Assembly: GCA_031409275.1 (NCBI GenBank)
Contig: JANNXA010000014.1
Location: 287,411 to 351,410 of the forward strand
DNA: 64,000 nucleotides
Source: Planctomycetota bacterium
GTDB taxonomy: Bacteria; Planctomycetota; B15-G4; SIAN01
Reading direction: 5' to 3'
A program made the translations under genes and the position numbers. Under the pieces are notes generated by a model, which was given only the letters and a program-made list of their open reading frames with translations, searched no databases and was not told the origin of the DNA. Position 1 is the first letter of the stretch; every line of letters begins with the position of its first letter. Below are positions 38,132 to 48,380 of the stretch, piece after piece.

Positions 38132-40065
38132 TCGTACCCCGACGCGGGAAGCGCTGGAGCACTCGAACGCAGGTCCAGGGTCGGACCCGGCTCGAGTTCC
38201 AGTCGATGGTCGATCAGATCGAAACGGGCGCGCACCAGCGTCTTCGCCAGCGTCTGCAGCCAGCGCTCGAGCGCCAACACCGGGCCGGCGAGCTCGAAGC
38301 TCGCCTGGTCGGCGTCGAAACGCGAGCGGGCCGCCGCCGCTTGAGAGAGCTGCTCGCCCGCGGAGGCCTCAGCGGCGTAGCGTCGATCGGTCGCCTCGCC
38401 GGCCACCTCCGCCTCGAGGCGCGCGCGCCGCGTCCGCTCGATGCTGATGGCGGTGTTGGACGCGATCTCGGCGGCCTGCACCCGGTGGTAGGCGCCGGCT
38501 GCGCCGACGGGCGGGTGGATCGCGTCAATCAGCACCGCGGTCACTTCGAGGCCGCTCTGCAACGTGTCGAGCTGCTGCTGCAGCCCGAGGTGGATCGAAG
38601 AGGCGAGGCGATCGCGGTCATCGCCGATCACCTTGTCGAGCGGCCGCGTCGCGAAGTCGCGTACCAGCAGCCGGCCCGCGAGCGCACGCACCAGCGCATC
38701 GCCGTCGGCCACCTGGAACAGCGCGCGGCGCGCCGAGGCATCGTCGAGACCGATGCGCCAACCGATGCGCACGTCGGCACTGGCGAGCTGGAAGCTCTGC
38801 GCGCCACTGCCCGCCGCGATGCCCACTCCTGGAATCAGGTAGGAACCTTCGGTCGGATGCGCCTGGCTCCAGAGGCGATCGGCGGACGGCGGCGGCGCCT
38901 CCTCCACCCCGATGGGCGTCTCCGCCGGCGCTTCCGCGTCGAGTGCCACCGGGGTCTCGTGGACGACCCCGAACTCGACCTTGCGCACCGCGCCAAACGG
39001 CCACGGCAGATGGAACGCAAGGCCCGGCGCAAGCACGGCGACCGGCTCCCCGAGGCGCTCGTAGATGCCGCGCTCATCCGGCTTGAGCACCGTCATCCCG
39101 CTCACCAGCCATGCCACGCCCAGAAGTCCCGCGAAGAGCGGCGCGGCCGCGGATCGCAGGTAGCGAAACGCCCACAGGCGCGACAAGTCGACGCCAAAGC
39201 GCTCGCGCAACGCATCGCTGAAGCCGCGGGCCGGCCCAAGACGCGCCAGCAGCACGCTGGCGGAAAAACTGTCGACCAGCGACACGGCGCTCTTCGCATC
39301 GCCGAGCGGCAGCAGCGGGCGCAGCAAGGCGCGCAACGCCAGCTCCGCGCCCACCAGGAGGCCAAGCCCCGCGCCCACCCGGCCGATCCAGTAGGTCGAC
39401 GCGAAGCCCATTCGGCGAGCCAACGCATCGATGCCCGTCAGCGCCAGCTCCACCAGGACGGCGCGCAGCAGACGCGCGAGCCCCGCCGCTTCGGGCACGT
39501 CGCTCGCCGGGAGTGTGGCGAGGCGCCGCTCGAGGACGAGGACCGGGAAGCAGGCGACCAGCGCGATCACGCCGAGCATCAGCTCGTTCACGATCGGCGC
39601 CGCGCTCGGCCAGCAACGCCAGCGCAGCACGACGCCCGAACCAGCGACCAGCAGCACCAGCCCCGCTTCGAGCCAGGTCGTGTAGAGCAGCTGGCGATGG
39701 CGACCTTTGGCCAGCTCGGCCGCGGTCAGCGCCGGCGATTCCGCCTTCGCGACGAGATCCGCTGCGCCGCTCTCCTTCGACGCGACCGGTGCGCTGTCCA
39801 CCTCGTCGTCGGGCTCGGGCGGCTTCGGCTGCCAGGTCGCCGCGCGCCGCCGTCCTCGCGCAAAGAGCGCGGCACCGAGCAGCGCCGCAGCAGCAGAGTG
39901 GAGCGCCCCGCCGGCACCGGCAAACCAGCCCAACGACGCGGGCGCGGCGCTGGTGCCCGAGACCTCGAAGAGGACCGGCCCGAGCGCCACCGCGAGCCCA
40001 CCGAGCAGGCAGATCCCGCCCGCCGTGAACCACAGCGTCGCTCGCCTGGCCGCACCTTCGCTCAT
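38128..40065 (-). CDS. SPFH/band-7 protein (HflK-like) with a multi-TM N-terminal extension
   Basis: GIYERLG, PGLAFHLPWP, AIHPP..AYH.VQAA; several TM segments. Confidence 0.82.
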   Translation of the reverse strand: MSEGAARRATLWFTAGGICLLGGLAVALGPVLFEVSGTSAAPASLGWFAGAGGALHSAAAALLGAALFARGRRRAATWQPKPPEPDDEVDSAPVASKESGAADLVAKAESPALTAAELAKGRHRQLLYTTWLEAGLVLLVAGSGVVLRWRCWPSAAPIVNELMLGVIALVACFPVLVLERRLATLPASDVPEAAGLARLLRAVLVELALTGIDALARRMGFASTYWIGRVGAGLGLLVGAELALRALLRPLLPLGDAKSAVSLVDSFSASVLLARLGPARGFSDALRERFGVDLSRLWAFRYLRSAAAPLFAGLLGVAWLVSGMTVLKPDERGIYERLGEPVAVLAPGLAFHLPWPFGAVRKVEFGVVHETPVALDAEAPAETPIGVEEAPPPSADRLWSQAHPTEGSYLIPGVGIAAGSGAQSFQLASADVRIGWRIGLDDASARRALFQVADGDALVRALAGRLLVRDFATRPLDKVIGDDRDRLASSIHLGLQQQLDTLQSGLEVTAVLIDAIHPPVGAAGAYHRVQAAEIASNTAISIERTRRARLEAEVAGEATDRRYAAEASAGEQLSQAAAARSRFDADQASFELAGPVLALERWLQTLAKTLVRARFDLIDHRLELEPGPTLDLRSSAPALPASGYE

Positions 40066-40213
40066 TCGGAACTCCTCATCGCTGCACGCCGCACGTCATG
40101 CCCGATCGTTCTGACGGACGCCGCGCGTGGGCGGCTTCGTCGGGAGACAATCGAGCCGGAAATGATGCCGCGCGTGCGCCCGAACCGGAGCGCGCAGTTG
40201 TACCCGTGGCGCC

Positions 40214-40379
40214 TACCAGCCCGTTGGAGAAGTCACCGCGAGTCTGGCGAGCGGATTTCGAGTCGGAACGAGGAGGAGGTTCGAAGCCAACTCCCCTGTG
40301 AGTTGTCGAGAGACTCCGACGAAGTACCGGCTTGAAAGACGCCGCCAGGCGACACGGAGAGTTCTCCAACGGGCTGCTA
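40214..40379. mobile_element. MITE-like element with perfect 15-bp terminal inverted repeats
   Basis: CAGCCCGTTGGAGAA (40217-40231) / TTCTCCAACGGGCTG (40362-40376); TA dinucleotides just outside both ends; no transposase. Confidence 0.7.
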
Positions 40380-41573
40380 CCCCTCCCGCGCCAGCCGCAG
40401 CCCGGTCCGCTGCCAGCGCGCGGTGGCGGGGAAGAAGTTGCGGTAGGTGGCGCGCGAATGGCCTTCGGGCGTGAAGCGCGAACTGCCGCGCAGCACCATC
40501 TGATTGACCATGAACTTGCCGTTGTACTCGCCGATCGCGCCGGCGGCCGGTCGGTAGCCGGGGTAGCCGACGTAGGGGCTCGCCGTCCACTGCCAGACCA
40601 CGCCGAACAGCTCATGCAGCGCGGGCGCGTCGCGATCGAGGCGCGCGGCGGAGGTGAGCGCAGCGTGCTCCCACTCCTGCTCGGTCGGCAGCCGCGCGTC
40701 GGCGAAGCGGGCGTAGGCGTCGGCCTCGAAGAAGCTCACGTGGGCGAGCGGCGCCTCGGCCTGCACGGGTTGCGCGCCGCCCAACGTGAAGCGGCGCCGC
40801 GCCGCGCCTTCGCCGCTCCAGTACGCGGGAGCGGTGATCGCTTCGCGGCGCGCCCAGTCCCATCCTTCGGCGAGCCACCAGCGCGACTCGCGATAGCCAC
40901 CCGCATCAACGAACGCTGCGAAGTCGCCCTGCGTCACCAGTCGAGTGGCCAGCGCAAACGGCTCGAGCACCACGCGATGACGCGGCCGCTCGTTGTCGAA
41001 ACTGAACGCTTCGCCAGCGGCGCCGATCGGCGCGAGGCCGCCCGGGAACTTGCGCCAACTCGAGCCGGCCGTGCTCGCGGCGTCGTTCTCGAAATCATCT
41101 TGGTAGGTCGGCTGCAGCGGGTTCTGCGCCAGCAGATGGAGCGCGTCGGTGAGCAGCAGTTCCTGGTGTTGTTGCTCGTGATTCAATCCCAACACCACCC
41201 GCTCGCGCGCCAGGTCAGGCAGCGGGGACGCGAGCAGCTTCGCCATGCGCTGATCGACCGCGCGCCGGTAGTCGTGCACCTCGTCCAAGCTCGGGCGCGT
41301 CATCAGGCCGCGCGACGGCCGCGCGAGGCGCGGGCCGACCGCTTCGTAGTAGCTGTTGAAGAGGAAGCGCCAGCGCGCGTCGTGCGGCGTGAACCCCGGC
41401 TCGAACTCCTGCAGCACGAACTCCTCGAAGAACCAGGTCGTGTGCGCGAGGTGCCACTTGGTCGGGCTCGCGTCGGCCATCGACTGGACCTGGCTGTCCT
41501 CTGCCGAAAGCGGCGCCGCGAGCGCGACGGTCTGCGCGCGCACCGCGGCGTAGTCGCTGGCAACTCGCTCCAT
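40377..41573 (-). CDS. egtB: Ergothioneine biosynthesis sulfoxide synthase
   Basis: QSMADASPTKWHLAHTTWFFE, HEQQHQELLLTD, RLPTEQEWE, GEYNGKFM, YRNFF. Confidence 0.9.
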   Translation of the reverse strand: MERVASDYAAVRAQTVALAAPLSAEDSQVQSMADASPTKWHLAHTTWFFEEFVLQEFEPGFTPHDARWRFLFNSYYEAVGPRLARPSRGLMTRPSLDEVHDYRRAVDQRMAKLLASPLPDLARERVVLGLNHEQQHQELLLTDALHLLAQNPLQPTYQDDFENDAASTAGSSWRKFPGGLAPIGAAGEAFSFDNERPRHRVVLEPFALATRLVTQGDFAAFVDAGGYRESRWWLAEGWDWARREAITAPAYWSGEGAARRRFTLGGAQPVQAEAPLAHVSFFEADAYARFADARLPTEQEWEHAALTSAARLDRDAPALHELFGVVWQWTASPYVGYPGYRPAAGAIGEYNGKFMVNQMVLRGSSRFTPEGHSRATYRNFFPATARWQRTGLRLAREG

Positions 41574-41689
41574 GAGGGCGACCTCCCGACCTTCGGACAG
41601 CGCATCGCGTCGGCGCGAACGCCGGAAACGGGAAAGCACGATACGCGCGAGCGGCCAATCGACGCCGACGTCGCGGCTACCATCGCGCC

Positions 41690-44515
41690 ATGCACCACCG
41701 CGAATGGCTCGCAGGCCCGCTCCTCTCCCTCGTCTACGGCTGCGGCGTGACGCAGGAGCCAGACCGCGCCACCGCCGCCAACGGCGAAGAGAGAGAGGCG
41801 CAGCCGCTGGTCGCTGCGCATTTGCGTTGCGAACAGATGATCGAGCCGCGCGGGGTCGGCGAGCGACGACCGCTGCTCTCCTGGACCGCGCAAGCGGCGC
41901 CCGACGATCGCCACCATGGACGGCGGATCTCCGCGTGGCGCGTCAAGGCGGCGGGTTCGCGCGAAGCGCTCGAGGACGGCGAGCTGAGTCGCTGGGATTC
42001 CGGACGCATCGAGGGCGACGCACTCCACGCGATCTGGGGCGGCGCGCCGCTTTCGTCGCGCGCGGAGGTCTGGTGGAGCGTCGAGCTGTGGGACGAGCGC
42101 GGCCAGCTTTCGAGCGCGTGCGAGCCCGCCTCGTTCACGGTCGGTCTCTTCGATGAGCCTGGCGCGAGCGACTGGAGCGCCGCCTGGATCGGCGCCGCGG
42201 ATGCGGCGACGCCCGCGCGCACCGTCTCGCCGTGGCTCGTTCACGACGTGAAGCTGCCGGGCGCGGTCCGACGCCTGCGCGTCTGGGTCGCGTCGCTCGG
42301 CTCGCATCAGCTCTGGCTCGATGGACGGCGGCTCGGCGACCCGCGCGGCGACATCGAGTTCGCGCCCGGCATGGTCGACTTCTCGCGGCGCACGCGCGTC
42401 GTCGAATATGACCTCGAGAGCGCGCTCGCAGAAGGCGACCACCGGCTGGGCCTCTGGCTCCACTCCGGCTTCGCTCGCCACGAGCCGTTCCATGTCGCCG
42501 CCCATCCGCTGGTCTGCGCGCAGTTCGAGTTCGAGCTCCTCGACGGTCGCCGCATCCCGTTCTCGACCGGCGCCGATTGGCGCGCGGCCCCGAGCTCGGT
42601 CACCGCGATCGGTGGCTTCGAGCCGGGCGACTACGGCGGCGAGCAGATCGATGCGACGCGCGACGCGCTGCGCTGGTGCGACCCGCTGGCCGCCAAGCTC
42701 GCTCTCGATGCGGCCGTCGAATGGCAACCGGTCGCGCTCTACTCCCCTTCCATCACGCGCCTCGCACTCGCATGCCCGCCCGACCGCCGTCGCGACGCCT
42801 TGAAGCCGGTGGCGATCGATCCGGTGGCGCGCGCGGACGCGACGTGCAACGCCTGGCGCGTCGACTTCGGCCGCGCCTTCAACGGCAGCGTCGAAGCGCG
42901 GCTGCGCGGCGCTCCGTTCGCGACCGTCGTGCTGGAGATGGGCGAGCGGTTCGACGAGCCCTCGAGTTGGGGCCAGCGCGCGGCGCTGCTGCTGAACGAG
43001 CAGGGACGCGGCACGTTCACCTCGCGCTTCCAACCCGTCGCGGGCCGTTGGCTCACCATCACCGGAACGAGCGACGCGCCCACCATCGGCGACGTCACCG
43101 CCGCTTTGGTGCGCCCCGACTTCGAGCGCACCGGCACGTTCCGCTGCTCCGATCCGCGCGTGCAGCGCCTCCACGACACCGCGGCGTGGACCTACGAGTG
43201 CCTCGTGCTGGGCGGCGCGCCGCAGGATTGCCCCCATCGCGAGCGCTTCGGGTACGGCGGCGACGCGCATGCCACGATGAGCCTCGGACTTGGCAGCTTC
43301 GACACCGCGGCGATCTACTCGCGCTGGCTCGACGATTGGGCCGCGCTGCAATCGAGCGACGGCGACCTCCCCTTCACCTGCCCGACCCTCGTCGGCGGCG
43401 GCGGACCGGCATGGAGCGGCATCGTCGTCCTGCTGGCATGGGAACACTGGCTTCGCACTGGCGATCGACGCACGCTGGAACGCGCCTGGCCTGCGATCGC
43501 ACGCTGGCTCGCCTTCCTCGAGACCCACACGCGCGCCGGCCTCCTCGAACCCGACCCGGCACCGAAGTGGGTCGTGCCTGAACTCGCGTGGCTCGACGAC
43601 TGGCTCGCACCCGGAAGCGATCCGCATCCCAGCCGATTCGACGAGCGCAGCGCCTTCTTCCAGAACGCCTATCGCGTCGGCTGCGTGCGTCGCGCCGCCG
43701 AACTGGCGCGCGCGCTCGGCCGCAACGACGAAGCGGCGACGCTCGCCGCACGCGCCAACACGCTCGCCGATGCCGTCCATGACCGCTTCTGGGACCGCGC
43801 GCGCGGCTTCCACGTGGCGCGCGACACCGTCAACGTGCTGCTCGCCCTCTTCGCGGGAATCGGCGACATCGAAGTGGAAGACCGGCTTGTGGCGCGGCTG
43901 TACGAGCGCATCGAATCCGGGGCGCCCATCGACACCGGACTGCACGGGACGTGGCTGCTGGTGCGCGAGCTGCTCGCGCGCGGCCGCGCCGATCTGCTGC
44001 TGAAGCTCGCGCAGCAGGACGGCGTGCCGAGCTTCCAAGGGCTGCTGGCCGGCGACGCGACCACGCTGGGCGAAACGTGGGAGGGCCGCTTCTCGCGCAT
44101 CCACGCTTGCTGGCTCTCGATCGGCGCATTGGCGCCCGAAGGGATCCTCGGCATCCGGCCGCGCCTCGATGCGCCCGGCTACCGAGCCTTCGACGTCACG
44201 CCGCTGCTCGATGCGGGGATCGCGAGCGCGAGCGGATCGATCGCGACTCCGTATGGGACCGTCGCGCTCTCCTGGTCCCCGCTGCCGCAACGAGCCGGCA
44301 CGGCGCTGCAGCTTTCGGTGCCGGTCGGATCGACGGCGCTGCTCAGCGTGCGACTCGGCGATGGCGTCAGCCTGCGATTGCGCGACGGCGAACGCGACCT
44401 GTCGATCGAGGCGTGCACGCGCACCGCCGGTTCTGGAATCCGCGCCGTCGAGCGTTCGCCGGGCCGCGTCCGGCTCGAAGTGGGCTCGGGCCATTACACT
44501 TTCGAGCGACGCTGA
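41690..44515 (+). CDS. Glycoside hydrolase family 78 (alpha-L-rhamnosidase-like)
   Basis: HLRCE..P N-terminus, WDSGR, VDFG, DCPHRERFGYGGD, TTLGETW, TPYG. Confidence 0.85.
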   Translation: MHHREWLAGPLLSLVYGCGVTQEPDRATAANGEEREAQPLVAAHLRCEQMIEPRGVGERRPLLSWTAQAAPDDRHHGRRISAWRVKAAGSREALEDGELSRWDSGRIEGDALHAIWGGAPLSSRAEVWWSVELWDERGQLSSACEPASFTVGLFDEPGASDWSAAWIGAADAATPARTVSPWLVHDVKLPGAVRRLRVWVASLGSHQLWLDGRRLGDPRGDIEFAPGMVDFSRRTRVVEYDLESALAEGDHRLGLWLHSGFARHEPFHVAAHPLVCAQFEFELLDGRRIPFSTGADWRAAPSSVTAIGGFEPGDYGGEQIDATRDALRWCDPLAAKLALDAAVEWQPVALYSPSITRLALACPPDRRRDALKPVAIDPVARADATCNAWRVDFGRAFNGSVEARLRGAPFATVVLEMGERFDEPSSWGQRAALLLNEQGRGTFTSRFQPVAGRWLTITGTSDAPTIGDVTAALVRPDFERTGTFRCSDPRVQRLHDTAAWTYECLVLGGAPQDCPHRERFGYGGDAHATMSLGLGSFDTAAIYSRWLDDWAALQSSDGDLPFTCPTLVGGGGPAWSGIVVLLAWEHWLRTGDRRTLERAWPAIARWLAFLETHTRAGLLEPDPAPKWVVPELAWLDDWLAPGSDPHPSRFDERSAFFQNAYRVGCVRRAAELARALGRNDEAATLAARANTLADAVHDRFWDRARGFHVARDTVNVLLALFAGIGDIEVEDRLVARLYERIESGAPIDTGLHGTWLLVRELLARGRADLLLKLAQQDGVPSFQGLLAGDATTLGETWEGRFSRIHACWLSIGALAPEGILGIRPRLDAPGYRAFDVTPLLDAGIASASGSIATPYGTVALSWSPLPQRAGTALQLSVPVGSTALLSVRLGDGVSLRLRDGERDLSIEACTRTAGSGIRAVERSPGRVRLEVGSGHYTFERR

Positions 44516-44580
44516 CGCCGACCCCGTCGAACTCCGGGCGTGAACGACGGGTTCGAGTCCATCCTCGTCGGGAGCGATTC

Positions 44581-46038
44581 ATGTCGATGCGCGCGTTCTT
44601 CGCGGGATGGACTGTGATGGCGGCGGCGCCCGCGCTGCGAGCGGCCGAAACGCCGGCCTGGACGCTGCTGATCTACGGCGCCGCCGACAACAACGCGGAC
44701 GGCCATTTCTTCGAGTACCTCGCCGATGTGCGCGCCGCCATCGCCGACGACCCCGCGTTCGACGTGATCGTCTTCGTCGATCGCCACGCCGCCTACTCGA
44801 CCGATCGCACGACCTTCGGCGAGGACTTCACTGGCGGCCGCCTCTACCGGATGCGCGCGAAGACGGCGCAGCGCCTCGCGGGCGGCGCCGAGTTCCCCGA
44901 CTGCACGCTCGACCGCGAGTTCGAGCCCGATTCGGCCGATCCGGCGACGTTGCGCCAGTTCCTCGCGTTTGGCCATTCGCATGCCCCCGCGCCCCGCACG
45001 GCGCTGCTGATCTACAGCCACGCCAACGGCATCACGCTCTGTCCTGACGAGCAGTCGAATCGGTCGATGGGAATTCCGGAGCTCGCGCAAGTCGTCGGCG
45101 CCGAGCAGTCGGTCGACTGGGTCGCGCTCGAACTCTGCAACATGGGCGGCATCGAGATCGCGTACCAGTGGAGCGCGTTCGCCGACGGCTTCACCACGAC
45201 GGTGCTGACCGCCATTCCCAACGCCGGCCCGCCGCTCGACTGGCGGCGCATCTTCGAGCGCGTCCACACGCCGAGCCATCCTGCGGCCGCAGGGCGCGCC
45301 GACAACCTCGATCCGGCGCAGATGAGCGCGCTCGACTTCGGACGGCTGGCGATCGAGGAAGGGGGCAAAGGTCGGATTGCGACGGCGGCGCGTTCTCCGG
45401 AAGCGGCGACGCGAGCGGCTCATGAGGCGGTGGCGAGCTACGAACTCGACAAGGTCGGTGCCGTGAAAGAGGCGCTCGACGCTTTCGCTGTCGCACTGGC
45501 GACCAGCAACGAGGACGGCGCCGCGATGCGCGCCATGGAGCGACTGCGCGACGGCGGCGGGAAGGACGACGCCTCCTCGGCGCCGGTGATGAACTACGGC
45601 GGGGGCGACTTCAAAGGCGAAGCGGCCTTCGTCGACCTCTACGCGCTCCTCGCCCGTGCCGCGGCTTGCGACGAACTCCGCGCGCCGGCGCGCGCCGCCG
45701 CGGCCGCTGCGCTCGCTGCGACCGACGCTTTCGTGCTCGATTCGTTCGGCATGCCGGGCTACGCCGGCTTCGAGCGCGGCCGCCACGGCCTCTTCCTCCA
45801 CTTCCCCGACGGCGACGCGCCAGCCCCCGGACTCGGCGGCGCGGGGCGCGCGTGGCGCCGCTCGCTCTGGTACTCGCCGCGGCCGGTCGACGACGGCCAT
45901 TCGCGCCGAGGCGAGTGGGCGTGGTGTCGTGACGGCGCGATCGAAGGCAACGGCAAGGTCGAGAACTGGTTCGAGCTGATGGACCTCTGGTACGACGTCG
46001 CCGACGCGCAGGGCGGGTTGAACGGCTGGAAGGTCTAG
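44581..46038 (+). CDS. Clostripain-family (C11) cysteine peptidase
   Basis: Signal peptide; WTLLIYGAADNN; catalytic His (YSHANG) and Cys (ELCNMG). Confidence 0.8.
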   Translation: MSMRAFFAGWTVMAAAPALRAAETPAWTLLIYGAADNNADGHFFEYLADVRAAIADDPAFDVIVFVDRHAAYSTDRTTFGEDFTGGRLYRMRAKTAQRLAGGAEFPDCTLDREFEPDSADPATLRQFLAFGHSHAPAPRTALLIYSHANGITLCPDEQSNRSMGIPELAQVVGAEQSVDWVALELCNMGGIEIAYQWSAFADGFTTTVLTAIPNAGPPLDWRRIFERVHTPSHPAAAGRADNLDPAQMSALDFGRLAIEEGGKGRIATAARSPEAATRAAHEAVASYELDKVGAVKEALDAFAVALATSNEDGAAMRAMERLRDGGGKDDASSAPVMNYGGGDFKGEAAFVDLYALLARAAACDELRAPARAAAAAALAATDAFVLDSFGMPGYAGFERGRHGLFLHFPDGDAPAPGLGGAGRAWRRSLWYSPRPVDDGHSRRGEWAWCRDGAIEGNGKVENWFELMDLWYDVADAQGGLNGWKV

Positions 46039-46111
46039 GTTCCGGCGCTACGGCACCGGCCACGAGCGCGGCCGCTATCCTCCGCGGCCCAAACTCCCCG
46101 GAGGCCTCGCC

Positions 46112-46981
46112 TTGATCGTCGCCCGAACCACCCGCGCCAAGATCCTCGCCAAGCTCAAGGCGAAGCAGAAGGCCAGGAAGCCGCTCATGATCGCGAGCGC
46201 CGGCAGCGGACTGGTCGCCGCGCTGCTCGAATCGGCCGGCGTCGATTGCGTGAACACCTTCTCCGGGGCGCGGCTGCGCGCCAACGGCTGGGGCACGATG
46301 ACGATGCTGTGGCCGATCCTCGACGCCAACGCGCAGACGCTGCGGTACACGCGCGAGGACATCCTGCCGGCGATGAAGGGGGACGCCTTCGTCTGTGCCT
46401 GCTTGAACCCCAACGACCCGCTGAAGGACATGCGCATGGTGCTCGAAGAGTGCCGTGCGATGGGCGTCGAATCGGTCTCCAACATCGGCCCCTCGATCAG
46501 CTACGTCGACAAGGACAGCAACATCCGGCGCGTCCTCGAATCGGCCGGCATCACGCTGCAGACCGAGATCGACTTCCTGAAGCTCGCGCGCGAGATGGGC
46601 TTCGTCACCATCGGGCTTGCCTTCGACGAGGAGGACAGCTGCCGGCTGGTCGAGGAGTCGCAGCCCGATCTCTTCTGCTTCCACGCCGGCACCACCAAGG
46701 GCGGCCGGCGCGGCTTCGATTCGGGCGAGACGATCGCGCAGACCGCGGCCCGCACCGAGTCGGCCAACCGGAAGCTGCGCAAGCTGAAGAAGGATGTCCT
46801 GCTGGTGGCGCACGGCGCGGCGATGGAGACCCCCGAGGACGCGCAGTACATCCTCGACCACACCAGCTGCGACGGTTTCTGGACCGGCAGCTCGACCGAG
46901 CGGCTTCCCATCGAGCGCGCCGTCACCGCGACGGCGAAGGAGTTCCGCAGCCTCTCGTTCAAGACCCGCAAGACGCGCTGA
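46112..46981 (+). CDS. Phosphoenolpyruvate hydrolase-like TIM-barrel protein (PF09370-like)
   Basis: AGSGL, DANA, HAGTTKGG, HG, GFWTGSSTERLPIE. Confidence 0.82.
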   Translation: MIVARTTRAKILAKLKAKQKARKPLMIASAGSGLVAALLESAGVDCVNTFSGARLRANGWGTMTMLWPILDANAQTLRYTREDILPAMKGDAFVCACLNPNDPLKDMRMVLEECRAMGVESVSNIGPSISYVDKDSNIRRVLESAGITLQTEIDFLKLAREMGFVTIGLAFDEEDSCRLVEESQPDLFCFHAGTTKGGRRGFDSGETIAQTAARTESANRKLRKLKKDVLLVAHGAAMETPEDAQYILDHTSCDGFWTGSSTERLPIERAVTATAKEFRSLSFKTRKTR

Positions 46982-47030
46982 GCCGCACTCGCGCACGGCG
47001 CGCCTTCGCGTGCGCACTGGAGTTCCCGCC

Positions 47031-48380
47031 ATGGCGAAGAAGAAGATCGCGATCCTGGCCACGCTCGACACCAAAGGCGTCGAAGCGCACTACCTGAAGG
47101 CGCAGCTGAAGCGCCTGGGCAGCAAGGCGCTGGTGATCGACATGGGCGTGCTCGGCGAACCGCAGTGCAGCGCCGACCTCACGCGCAGCCAGGTGGCGAA
47201 GGCGGGCGGCACGCCGCTGCCCGAGTTGGCGAAGTCGCCGACGCGGGAAGCGGCGGCACCGGTCATGGTGGCGGGCGCGACCAAGCTGCTGCTGCAGAAG
47301 CTCGCGGCGGGCAAGGTGCACGGCGTGATCGGGTTGGGTGGCCTGCAAGGCACGTCGGCCTGCTGCAGCGTGATGCGCGCGCTGCCCTACGGCGTGCCGA
47401 AAGTCATGGTCTCGACGGTGGCGTCGGGCGACACCTCGCCCTACGTCGGCGTCTCCGACATCACGATGATGTTCAGCGTCGGCGACATCCTCGGCTTGAA
47501 CGCCTTCATGCGGAAGGTGCTCGCGAACGCGGCCGGCGCCGCGCACGGCATGGCCCAGGTGAAGGTCGCGCTCAACACCAGGAAGCGCGCCAAGGGCGAC
47601 AAGCCGCTGATCGGCATCTCCAACCTCGGCGTCCTGACGCAAGGGACGATGCTGGCCCAGGAGCTCTTCGCCGAGAATGGCTACGAGACGATCGTCTTCC
47701 ACGCGGTCGGGACCGGCGGCCGCGCGATGGAGCTGATGATGCGACAGGGCATCATCGGCGCCGTCTTCGACTACGCGATGGGCGAGATCTCCGACGCGCT
47801 CTTCCACGGCCTGCGCGCCGGCGACGCCACGCGACTCACCGTCGCCGGCGAGATGGGACTTCCGCAAGTCCTCGTGCCTGGCGGCTCGGAGCATCTCGGC
47901 ATCCTGGTGAGCGTCCCCAACCAGCTGCCCGATCGCTGGAAGGATCACCTCCACGTCTGGCACAACCCGGTCGTGCTCGCGCCGCGTCTCAACGGCGAGG
48001 AGCTGAAGACGGTGGCGGCGGAGATCGGACGGCGCCTGCAGAGCACGAAGGGCAACGCCGTGCTGATGGTGCCGAAGCTCGGCACCGGTCGCTACGCGAT
48101 GCCGGGTGGTCCGCTGCATGACGCGGCGGGCGACGCGATCTACTTCGACGAGCTGAAGAAGAGCGTGCCGGCGACCCTCGAAGTCGTCGAGCGCGACCTC
48201 CACGCCGAAGATCCCGTGTTCGTCGCCGAAGCGGTCGACCGGCTGATCGCGCTGATCGAAGCGGGTCGCGCGGCGACGGCAGCGCGCAAGGCGAAGCCGA
48301 AGAAGCGCGCGCACGCCAAGGCGAAGCCGGCCGTGACGACGACGAAGCCGGCGACCAAGGCGCGCGCGAAGGGCGCATGA
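47031..48380 (+). CDS. Tm-1-like ATP-binding domain protein (UPF0261)
   Basis: ATLDTKGVE, LPYGVPKVMVSTVASG, VGDILGLN, VFHAVGTGGRAME, PQVLVPG, HNP. Confidence 0.88.
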   Translation: MAKKKIAILATLDTKGVEAHYLKAQLKRLGSKALVIDMGVLGEPQCSADLTRSQVAKAGGTPLPELAKSPTREAAAPVMVAGATKLLLQKLAAGKVHGVIGLGGLQGTSACCSVMRALPYGVPKVMVSTVASGDTSPYVGVSDITMMFSVGDILGLNAFMRKVLANAAGAAHGMAQVKVALNTRKRAKGDKPLIGISNLGVLTQGTMLAQELFAENGYETIVFHAVGTGGRAMELMMRQGIIGAVFDYAMGEISDALFHGLRAGDATRLTVAGEMGLPQVLVPGGSEHLGILVSVPNQLPDRWKDHLHVWHNPVVLAPRLNGEELKTVAAEIGRRLQSTKGNAVLMVPKLGTGRYAMPGGPLHDAAGDAIYFDELKKSVPATLEVVERDLHAEDPVFVAEAVDRLIALIEAGRAATAARKAKPKKRAHAKAKPAVTTTKPATKARAKGA

